From: a virus
Taxonomy: Duplodnaviria > Caudoviricetes
DNA length: 40,478 bases
IMG/VR virus record: IMGVR_UViG_3300049180_000032
Span: 1-40,478 of that record
Strand: one strand, 5' to 3'
Below, one piece after another: positions 9,662 to 16,603 of this stretch. The notes below the pieces were generated by a model, which was given only the letters and a program-made list of their open reading frames with translations, was not told the DNA's origin and did not search any database. Made by a program: the position numbers and the translations under genes. Each line of letters opens with the position of its first letter. The first letter of the stretch is position 1.

Positions 9662-10060
9662 ATGAACCCGCTCATCATCGCCCCTATCCTCGAGATCGGC
9701 AAAAGCATCCTCGACCGCCTTTTTCCCGACCCTGTGCTGAAGGCTAAGGCCGAGATGGAAATGATGGTCTTGCTTCAAACGCAGGACTTGCAGAAGGTCA
9801 TGGGCCAGCTCGAAATCAACGCCAAGGAGGCGGCGAACCCGTCTATCTGGGTTTCGGGATGGAGGCCCGCGGCAGGTTGGTCGAGCGTTGCCGGCTTGAC
9901 CTACGCGACCATCGTGCACCCGCTCTTGTCATGGATGTCTGTCGTGAAAGGCTGGCCGGCGCCGCCAGAGATCGACACCGAGACGCTGCTCTACGTGCTG
10001 GGCGGCATGCTCGGGCTCGGGACGCTCAGGACAGTTGAGCGCGTGAAGGGCAAGGCGTAG
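9662..10060 (+). CDS. Holin, 3TM (GTA-type) family
   Basis: ILDRLFPDP..., SIWVSGWRPAAGW, GMLGLGTLRTVERVKG motifs; follows the endolysin. Confidence 0.8.
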   Translation: MNPLIIAPILEIGKSILDRLFPDPVLKAKAEMEMMVLLQTQDLQKVMGQLEINAKEAANPSIWVSGWRPAAGWSSVAGLTYATIVHPLLSWMSVVKGWPAPPEIDTETLLYVLGGMLGLGTLRTVERVKGKA

Positions 10061-10064
10061 AGGG

Positions 10065-10553
10065 TTAGCCAGCCATTGCAGCGGCAGCGATCTTCTGAAC
10101 GCCTGTGAGGACGTGGCGCATTGCTTGGGCGCTGATCTGGCCCAACGATAGGCCTGCCGCCTCCAGTACCTCATGCGCGCGCTTCAGGTCGGGCTCAGGG
10201 AATACGTCGAGCGGGTAGGCCTTGGCCCACTCATCGATCTGCCGCAGGGCTTCTCCTTCCGGCGATAGCGGATCGGACGCATCTTGGTAGGTCGCAGCGA
10301 AGATATGCGCCTTGCAGGGGTACATCTCGCCTTCTATGCCGCGAATGATCCAGTCGCCGCGGTCTGCTCGCATGATGCCTTCCATCGTGTGGATGTAGGC
10401 GAAGGTCAACGGGTCGTTGAACGGGCTTCCCGTACCTTCCGAGAAGGTCTGCACCACGTCAGCGCTACGGGCGTCGAGGAACCAATCCGGCATTGGACCG
10501 CCGTCTAGGCAAAACGCTTCGACGACTACGGGCTTCTTTCGGTATGCTGTCAC
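10065..10553 (-). CDS. PGDYG-type phage domain fused to a second small helical domain
   Basis: YRKKPVVVEA...TMEGIMRADRGDWIIRGIEGEMYPCKAHIFAATY, then EWAKAYPLDVFPEPD...AMRHVL; GGAGG RBS. Confidence 0.7.
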   Translation of the reverse strand: MTAYRKKPVVVEAFCLDGGPMPDWFLDARSADVVQTFSEGTGSPFNDPLTFAYIHTMEGIMRADRGDWIIRGIEGEMYPCKAHIFAATYQDASDPLSPEGEALRQIDEWAKAYPLDVFPEPDLKRAHEVLEAAGLSLGQISAQAMRHVLTGVQKIAAAAMAG

Positions 10554-10603
10554 ATCAATCCTCCTATACGCACAAGGCGATTTATCCCTGATGGGTGGGG
10601 TGG

Positions 10604-10993
10604 TTAGGTCCGCTGCAGATCGTCGGGGTGGACGCCGAACAGCCTCGCCATCGGTTCACGCAAAGCGGACCGCAAGGCGATCAACTCGGTTTCGAGGGTG
10701 GCGATGCGCGCCTTGTCTTCGGACAATTCCTCGTCATGCATGGTCGCGGCGGCCTTGTACGCGTCGTCCGTGACGTAGCCGAGCGTCCCGTAGCCGTCCA
10801 AGCTGTAGCCGATCAACTGCGCCAGTTGCATGCGGTCTTCTGGCGCCGCGTCCAGGCGGGCCAATTCGTTGAGCCCGAGGCCAGTGCGTTTCCCATGATC
10901 GACCAGCATGCGGACTAGCGGGTTCTCCTTGAAGCGCAGAACCTCGTGCGAGTCAAGAACCAACGGCTGAATCGGGTGTCGGGCGGTGGTCAT
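10604..10993 (-). CDS. Phage hypothetical protein with C-terminal coiled coil
   Basis: HPIQPL...RFKENPLVRML...LNELA...QLAQLIGYSLDGY; GGAGG RBS. Confidence 0.75.
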   Translation of the reverse strand: MTTARHPIQPLVLDSHEVLRFKENPLVRMLVDHGKRTGLGLNELARLDAAPEDRMQLAQLIGYSLDGYGTLGYVTDDAYKAAATMHDEELSEDKARIATLETELIALRSALREPMARLFGVHPDDLQRT

Positions 10994-11048
10994 CTCAATC
11001 CTCCAGATATAGGAAAAGGTCGTTCTACAGAGGGGAAGGGGTGGGAGG

Positions 11049-11231
11049 TCAGGGCTTGTCCGGGATCTTGGCCTTGAGCTTCTTCGCTTCCCTGGTCACG
11101 AACGCCCGAATAGCCTCGCTCCCCACCAGTCTGGCGTCCTTCCACTGGTCATCTGTCATCCGGATCTGGCGCGGCTTCATGGCCTCGCCGTCTGGGGAAA
11201 GGGGCTTGCGTCCTTGGCCGCGGTCACTCAT
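11049..11231 (-). CDS. Small ribbon-helix-helix-like DNA-binding protein
   Basis: 60 aa, basic: GQGRKPL...KPRQIRMTDDQWKDARLVGSEAIRAFV; alternative start at 11240. Confidence 0.65.
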   Translation of the reverse strand: MSDRGQGRKPLSPDGEAMKPRQIRMTDDQWKDARLVGSEAIRAFVTREAKKLKAKIPDKP

Positions 11232-11335
11232 GGGTCTCATCCTGTTTATTGTCACCAGCAAATGGCGGTTGCCGGGAAACTGCCCGCGCACGTAGCCGCC
11301 ACGTACCCATAAGCGGGCCGCTTTCAGGCTGGGCG

Positions 11336-11674
11336 CTACCCAGTTCTGTCTTCCCCGGTGCTACCGGCATGCTTTGCGAACTCTGGAAATAGTTCGTGGA
11401 TCTCAATTGCCGCGCGTGCGGTTCGTGCAGTTTCGCCAGCCGCCGCCAGAACATTGCGGGAATGCGCCCGCGCCGCCGAATTGCTCTGCATCGACGAGGT
11501 GCGCTGAATCGCCTGCAGGTGTGTGCGGGCCGCTCTTGAAGCATCATGGGATGCCGAACCCGCCATTCGCTCCAACTCGACCACGCTATATGTACGGGCC
11601 ATCAGCTTGGCCCAATCCGAATACCAAGTCTGGTAGTTCACATCATCCCGGCCGTATTGGCGCTCCCAATTCAT
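11336..11674 (-). CDS. Hypothetical helical protein (112 aa)
   Basis: MNWERQYGRDDVNYQTWYSDWAKL...; start overlaps the upstream stop (TAATG). Confidence 0.65.
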   Translation of the reverse strand: MNWERQYGRDDVNYQTWYSDWAKLMARTYSVVELERMAGSASHDASRAARTHLQAIQRTSSMQSNSAARAHSRNVLAAAGETARTARAAIEIHELFPEFAKHAGSTGEDRTG

Positions 11675-11841
11675 TACGCCACCTGAATGTGTGCGCCACT
11701 GACGCAAGCCACGCCGCCAGGAAGCCTGACTTCCCACATGCCCTCGCTGTAGTGACGAACCACAACACCTGAAAAGCCAGAGTAGGTGATGTGCTGCCCA
11801 GCCTTGAAGAAATCTGCTTGGAAATATGCGGGGGTGGCCAT
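11674..11841 (-). CDS. 55-aa beta-rich (SH3-like?) hypothetical protein, not in the ORF track
   Basis: MATPAYFQADFFKAGQHITYSGFSGVVVRHYSEGMWEVRLPGGVACVSGAHIQVA; first gene after the promoter, coupled to the next. Confidence 0.65.
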   Translation of the reverse strand: MATPAYFQADFFKAGQHITYSGFSGVVVRHYSEGMWEVRLPGGVACVSGAHIQVA

Positions 11842-11867
11842 GGTCTTCTTTCGGTTGGTGTGTTGAT

Positions 11868-11924
11868 AATGTAGCTACGAAATCAAGCGGCCGCAACAAC
11901 TATTTTGTAACTACGAAATCAAGC
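11868..11924 (-). promoter_or_regulatory. sigma70 promoter (TTGCGG-N17-TACATT) overlapped by tandem 19-bp operators
   Basis: TGTA(G/A)CTACGAAATCAAGC at 11870-11888 and 11906-11924; GTAGCTAC palindrome overlaps the -10. Confidence 0.7.
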
Positions 11925-12061
11925 CAAATCGTTGGAACCGTTTCGAACAGCCCAAAGGGAAGCGCGGCCCGAATCTGGCCGATGTTGGTTTTCGAAAAGT
12001 GGGCGAAAGCGGCGCCGTTCATGGCTTTTGGTATCGGCCTGCTTCGGCGGAGGCCGAGCCT

Positions 12062-12267
12062 GTGCAAATCTGGTGCAAAAAGCTGCTCGCGACTGCCGGT
12101 TTCTGCCCGTCTGCCGTGCCGACTTTCCTCTGAAGCGGCATGTTTGCTTGCCTCAAACTGGCATTCACACTGCTGGGGTCGGAGGTTCGAAGCCTCCACC
12201 GCCCACCAATGAAAAACACGGTAGACGGCACGAAAGCCCGTCTGCCCTGTGTAAAAACCAGTGTAAA
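12062..12267. other. attP: core = 3' half of tRNA-Val(CAC), flanked by paired GTGYAAA arm-type repeats
   Basis: Core about 12161-12208; GTGCAAA at 12062 and 12073, GTGTAAA at 12249 and 12261; abuts the integrase stop. Confidence 0.8.
12161..12208 (+). pseudogene. tRNA-Val(CAC) 3' fragment (att core, not a full tRNA)
   Basis: GCA-TTCACAC-TGC anticodon arm, GGAGG-TTCGAAG-CCTCC T arm, ACCGCCC-A-CCA end; no D arm or GGGCGGT 5' strand upstream. Confidence 0.85.
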
Positions 12268-13209
12268 TCATGCGAACGCCTTCACCATGGCGGTTCGCTG
12301 CTGCTTCACCTGCAAGTGGCTGTAGCGCTGGGTCGTCGTGATCGAAGCATGCCCCAGGATCTTGCTCACCGTGTACAGGTCCGCGCCGCTGGCCACCAGG
12401 ATCGACGCGCAGGAATGGCGCAGATCGTGGAAGTTCACGTACTCCATGTCCGCGGCCTTCCGGCCCCGCTGGAAACCCGTCTTCAACCCTTCGAAGTTCT
12501 TGTATGGCAACGGCAGGTGCTTCAGCCACGGGCGGAGCGGCTTCACGATGGGGATCACCCTCGACCGCAGGGTCTTGGTGTTCTTGGCGTGGATCGTCAG
12601 CGTGGTCTTGGACACGTCCTCCGGGCGCATGGCGAGGATTTCCCCGCGCCGGGCCCCGGTGTACAGGGCGATCCAGATCGCGGCCTGTACGCTCTCTGGG
12701 CAGTGCTCCGCGAGCTTTTGCACCTGTGCAGGCGTCAGGAACACCTCGCGCTTGTTGTTCGGGGGCAGGCTCTTGACCGCGGCGCCGTGATTTACCTCCG
12801 TCAGTCCGAGTTCCCATGCGATGGAAAGCGCCTTCTTCAGCGCGGCCAGGCTGCGGTTGATCGTCGCCGGTTTGTAGACCGGCTTCAGGTCGCGGATGAT
12901 CTTGGCGCCCACCTCGCGCACCTGGGAAGCGCGGAATCCTTCCAGCCACGGGGCAATCCGCAGCGCACAGTGCTTCTCCCGGTCGGGCCACCGCGTGGTT
13001 TTCGCGTGTTCCATGAAAAGTGGCATGATTTCCACCAGCAGCGGGTCGCCCGCAGCAGCTTTCGGGGTGCTCAGTTGCTGCCGGAGATCAGACTCAACGC
13101 GCTTGGCATCGCTCGCCGTTGCACCTTCCTCGAGGATTCGATGAATTCGACGGCCTTTGACCATGACCCCGACGTGTCGGCGACCTTGCTTGTCGATCCA
13201 GGTTGACAT
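12268..13209 (-). CDS. int: Tyrosine integrase
   Basis: LYTGARRGE (R), NTKT (K), FHDLRHS (HxxR), ILGH, QRYSH (Y); start at MSTWIDK. Confidence 0.95.
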   Translation of the reverse strand: MSTWIDKQGRRHVGVMVKGRRIHRILEEGATASDAKRVESDLRQQLSTPKAAAGDPLLVEIMPLFMEHAKTTRWPDREKHCALRIAPWLEGFRASQVREVGAKIIRDLKPVYKPATINRSLAALKKALSIAWELGLTEVNHGAAVKSLPPNNKREVFLTPAQVQKLAEHCPESVQAAIWIALYTGARRGEILAMRPEDVSKTTLTIHAKNTKTLRSRVIPIVKPLRPWLKHLPLPYKNFEGLKTGFQRGRKAADMEYVNFHDLRHSCASILVASGADLYTVSKILGHASITTTQRYSHLQVKQQRTAMVKAFA

Positions 13210-13373
13210 TTCTTTCCTTGGTGGGCCCTGAGCCACTGTTTACATTCGGCGAGATCGTAGCGTTTGCTCCGGCCCACGGGTGTGCAGGGCAGGCCGTCGA
13301 GCTCCAGGCGCCGGACGGTGCTCTCGCTGATCCGCAGGCGGACGCAAAGCTCTTGGCGGGTGAGGTCGTTCAT
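13071..13373 (-). CDS. xis: Excisionase (MerR-like HTH), overlapping the int 5' end
   Basis: LTRQELCVRLRISESTVRRLELDGLP...RYDLAECKQWL; directly upstream of int. Confidence 0.75.
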   Translation of the reverse strand: MNDLTRQELCVRLRISESTVRRLELDGLPCTPVGRSKRYDLAECKQWLRAHQGKKCQPGSTSKVADTSGSWSKAVEFIESSRKVQRRAMPSALSLISGSN

Positions 13374-13780
13374 GCTTCCACCTCGAAGCGGTTGCCTTTG
13401 CGCAGGTTGTGCGCGGCTGTGATGATTCGCAGATTGCCTGCGACGTGCAAGCCGGAAACGTTCTTGCCCTGAAGGGGATAGAAGTGATCAACGTGGTGCT
13501 CGACACCTGTTTCTGCCGTCAGCCGCCGCGCGCTCGCGTAAACGGCGGTGATTGCCTCTTGATCGGCCCATGCGGGACTGCGAGCCAGTTTTGCGGCCCG
13601 GCGCTTTACTGCCAGAGCGGCCTTCACATCAGCTTTCCGCTGGTCAACGGCGGAGCGGTGGCGCTCGTACCCGCTAGGCCTGAGATTCCATCCGGCAACC
13701 ACCTTGCGCTCCCATGCTGCATTCTTTCGAATGAAGGCGTCAACTTCTGCGACTTGCGCCGCGGTGAGAACGATGCTCAT
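13370..13780 (-). CDS. HNH endonuclease
   Basis: HHVDHFYPLQGKNVSGLHVAGNLRIITAAHNLRKGN. Confidence 0.85.
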   Translation of the reverse strand: MSIVLTAAQVAEVDAFIRKNAAWERKVVAGWNLRPSGYERHRSAVDQRKADVKAALAVKRRAAKLARSPAWADQEAITAVYASARRLTAETGVEHHVDHFYPLQGKNVSGLHVAGNLRIITAAHNLRKGNRFEVEA

Positions 13781-13989
13781 GGCGTCTTCCCCCCGCCCTC
13801 GTGCATAGAGGCGCATGTGATGTGCCCCGGGTGCTTGTCGTGGTACTGGCGCTCGTCGTCGGTGTGCGCATGTTCCCGCCAGAAAGAATCCGGCCGACAG
13901 ATCATCATCAGCCCGCAGCGCTCGCAGCATCGTCGCTCACTGCCCATGGGCTGGTCGCGCTGGGTCATCAGGTGTAGGGTCTTGGTCAT
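13777..13989 (-). CDS. Small Cys/His-rich hypothetical protein
   Basis: 70 aa, CCERCG; ATGA coupling at both ends. Confidence 0.6.
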   Translation of the reverse strand: MTKTLHLMTQRDQPMGSERRCCERCGLMMICRPDSFWREHAHTDDERQYHDKHPGHITCASMHEGGGKTP

Positions 13990-14318
13990 GGCGTAGTGCC
14001 CTCGTGTATAGAGGCGGCAAGCAGTGCCTCGCCTGCAGGCGTCAGTTTGACCATCGTCCACGGGTAGCCGCAGGAGTGGTCGGTTTCGATCAGCTTGCCG
14101 TGGTTGGTCCGCACGCCGTCCTTGACGGTGGTCAGGCCCTTGTGGATCAGCCGGGTGATCGTGCGGGCGATGGTGTCGTTGGCTGATGCCTCGAAGGCGC
14201 TGAATCGTCCGGCTTGCTTGAGCACTCGCAGCACTGTGATGTGGTCGGCCTGTTGCTTGCGCGTCAGGTCGTCTAGGCCAGTGGAGAACGAGCAGATGAT
14301 GACGCGGGTGTCGTTCAT
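13986..14318 (-). CDS. Hypothetical protein, possibly winged helix
   Basis: 110 aa, coupled; ends ...YPWTMVKLTPAGEALL. Confidence 0.6.
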   Translation of the reverse strand: MNDTRVIICSFSTGLDDLTRKQQADHITVLRVLKQAGRFSAFEASANDTIARTITRLIHKGLTTVKDGVRTNHGKLIETDHSCGYPWTMVKLTPAGEALLAASIHEGTTP

Positions 14319-15208
14319 GCTCCCCCCTGATCAGCCGCTGCACGAGCCGCGTCGATTGCGGCGCGAACGATTGATTTCCAGTCGTCTCCAGTGCCCGGCT
14401 CCCAAATCACAAGCTGGTAAGGTTCGCTCGGGTCGAAGTCGATGTTCGCGTTGTCGAGCAGCCATGCGAATCGCGCCGCATCCTCCCTCAGCGCCTCGCA
14501 CTCCGCCTCCCCATTCCCGCCAGGCAGAGCGGTGGTTTGCACGGTCTTGATCTGCGCGAGATCGTGATCGCGATCCTTGCGGTATGCCGGGCTGCTTACG
14601 TCTGCGAACAGGTCATCGCGCTGCACCCAGCCAGCCGCACGCAGGAATCCGAGCCGGTGCGCCTCTTGCAATTCATGCAGCTTGTCAGCCGCTGCAACCT
14701 TGGGTGCGGGGTCTTTTCCGCTGCCGTAGCACCGCAAGCAAAGATCGCCAGGAAAGGGCGCCTGCTGCACGGTGGTGGGCTTCGCAAGCGGCAACACGAG
14801 GTGCGCGATGCGCTCGCGCAGGCTCTGGTGACCGTGGAACTCCTTCGCCACGTCTCGGAGGTCGTTCACCAGCTTGGCAATCTCGTGATCCTTGAGGGGC
14901 TGCACGGTGGTGGGCTGGGTGAGCGTGAAGGTCTTGAAGTTCGCATCGACATGAGCCGCCCCCGTAGCAAGCGCGGCGCGGTAGCACGCATTCCAGCCAT
15001 CGCGGTGATCTGGGTTGACGTGCGATGCCGAGGGGTGATACGGCAAGAACTCATTGCCGCATTTCCATTCGCCCTCCCTCGGGGCGGCCGGTATCGCGGC
15101 GGGAGGGGTGGCGACTGGATCGCGGTTCGGGATCGGGCAATTGCCGCCGCAGTTGCGCAGCACCTTCAGTTCGCACTTGGGGCAAGTGACTTCGGACAGG
15201 TCAGCCAT
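14315..15208 (-). CDS. Mosaic multi-microdomain early protein (Eaa/Ead-like)
   Basis: CPKC..., DGWNAC, KDHEIAKLVNDLRD...LRERIA, CLRCYGSG and EDAARFAWL modules; PTTVQ linkers. Confidence 0.7.
   Translation of the reverse strand: MADLSEVTCPKCELKVLRNCGGNCPIPNRDPVATPPAAIPAAPREGEWKCGNEFLPYHPSASHVNPDHRDGWNACYRAALATGAAHVDANFKTFTLTQPTTVQPLKDHEIAKLVNDLRDVAKEFHGHQSLRERIAHLVLPLAKPTTVQQAPFPGDLCLRCYGSGKDPAPKVAAADKLHELQEAHRLGFLRAAGWVQRDDLFADVSSPAYRKDRDHDLAQIKTVQTTALPGGNGEAECEALREDAARFAWLLDNANIDFDPSEPYQLVIWEPGTGDDWKSIVRAAIDAARAAADQGGA
14764..14916. repeat. 18-bp in-frame direct repeat GCTGCACGGTGGTGGGCT
   Basis: Copies at 14764-14781 and 14899-14916, 135 bp apart. Confidence 0.9.
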
Positions 15209-15614
15209 GTCTATCTCCTTGGGCTTCTTGGGCTTGATGGGGTGCTGCGTTGCACTTCGGATAGCCGCAATGCAAGTTGTGCAATTGGCAGCCGCCCGGC
15301 TTGAGCTTCTCGGGGCAGTGATCGCGCACCGGCGCTGCCCCCTCCTGCCTGCTGGCGGAGCGGAGACGGTCGAGTTCGGCGAGAAGGGCGCGCATCGTCT
15401 CGGGGTGGCACGCCGCGATGTAGTGCATGGTCTCCATGTAGTCGAAGCGACCGATGACGGGCGTTCCCCATGGAGTGGCGTTAGGATCGTCAGTGGCGTG
15501 CAGATACGGCATCCTGTCGAGTTGCCGCCAAGGCTTCAGCGCTTCAGCAGGTAACGCAGCAAGCGCATCACGAATGGCCTGCTCGCCATCCAGGCCAACA
15601 GGTGCCGCGCTCAC
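15201..15614 (-). CDS. Ead/Ea22-like early protein
   Basis: YIAACHPETMRALLAELDRLR motif plus C-terminal CQLHNLHCGYPKC. Confidence 0.65.
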   Translation of the reverse strand: MSAAPVGLDGEQAIRDALAALPAEALKPWRQLDRMPYLHATDDPNATPWGTPVIGRFDYMETMHYIAACHPETMRALLAELDRLRSASRQEGAAPVRDHCPEKLKPGGCQLHNLHCGYPKCNAAPHQAQEAQGDRHG

Positions 15615-15961
15615 GATGCCTCCCCCGTAGCGGCAGTAGCGGCGATGGCAGCCTTGGGCCAAACAATCGCGGCGTGCTCGAAGGCCAATTCCCAGTCGTA
15701 CTCGTAGCCGAAGTCTGCGGCGAGACTGGCAACGCTCATGCCGTCGTAGTGGTTCGACAGAACGCCGTTGTCATCGAACCAGCGGAAGGGCTCGCGCCAG
15801 ATCACTTTCTGGCCCGGTTTGAGGAACGGGCGCAGCAGGTCAGCCATCCGTGCATTCAATGACTTGCCGCCCCCAACAGAGGGAGCGCGAAAGATGGGAT
15901 CGGTGTATTCGTCGGAAGCGGCGATCACCTGGGAAATTCGGTAGGTGGGGTGGGTGTTCAT
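15611..15961 (-). CDS. Hypothetical protein
   Basis: 116 aa, AAGGA RBS, coupled to the next gene. Confidence 0.65.
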   Translation of the reverse strand: MNTHPTYRISQVIAASDEYTDPIFRAPSVGGGKSLNARMADLLRPFLKPGQKVIWREPFRWFDDNGVLSNHYDGMSVASLAADFGYEYDWELAFEHAAIVWPKAAIAATAATGEAS

Positions 15962-15970
15962 GGCGGTTCC

Positions 15971-16603
15971 TTAAGCAGCCTTAAGCCGCAGTTTTTCTTC
16001 GTTGTCGTGCACGAGAACCGCGAAGGCCATCAAGTCGGCCTCCAGCTTCTCGATGTCGTCCTCAACGCGCGTGATGCGGACGATGTGCAGGCCCTTGCGG
16101 CCAGCGGCTTCGAGGTCAGGCGCCCACAGCACCAGGTCAACCCATTGGCGGCCAAGCAACCACAGGTAGCCGAGACATTGGTCCCGGTAGGCCGAAATGT
16201 CGCCGTCAACCACTGCGGTGAACAGCGTTTCACTGCTGACCATGGTCTTGATTTCAAGCACGCCGTCTTCGTCGATCAAGCCATCGGGCGAGAGGCCGAA
16301 GTTGTCATCGTCGGACAGGAAAAACCCGGCTTCATCGACCATGTAGCCCGTCTCAGCTTCATACATGGCTCGAGCAACCGGCTCCTGCTCCACACCAAGC
16401 CGCATCGCTGCGTTCTGGAACTTGGATGGCGCCTTGCCACCGATGCGCTCACGGGCTACGTCGCGGGCGTACTCAAGGCACGCCTTCGACGGTTGGCCGC
16501 TCTTGAGCTTGTCTCGGCAATCCTTGAAGCGCGAGCCGGTCACCACGCCGCGGCGCGCAGTCAGCCATTCCTCGCTACCCTGTTCAAGCTTCAGCCACGG
16601 CAT
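15971..16603 (-). CDS. YqaJ/lambda-Exo family exonuclease
   Basis: QGSEEWLTARRGVVTGS, GVEQEPVAR, SPDGL, LEIK, YRDQC; adjacent to recT. Confidence 0.92.
   Translation of the reverse strand: MPWLKLEQGSEEWLTARRGVVTGSRFKDCRDKLKSGQPSKACLEYARDVARERIGGKAPSKFQNAAMRLGVEQEPVARAMYEAETGYMVDEAGFFLSDDDNFGLSPDGLIDEDGVLEIKTMVSSETLFTAVVDGDISAYRDQCLGYLWLLGRQWVDLVLWAPDLEAAGRKGLHIVRITRVEDDIEKLEADLMAFAVLVHDNEEKLRLKAA

Noticed and set aside
11242-11258. LexA box upstream of the RHH gene
   Set aside because: CTG-N11-CAG is one base longer than the canonical CTG-N10-CAG
11870-11924. Mini CRISPR array
   Set aside because: Only two 19-bp units with a 17-bp spacer, no cas genes, and they overlap a promoter; operators fit better
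12161-12208. Functional phage tRNA gene
   Set aside because: The 5' acceptor strand and D arm are missing; this is the att core
6941-12267. BPP-1-like diversity-generating retroelement
   Set aside because: No reverse transcriptase ORF and no TR/VR pair noticed near the tail fibre
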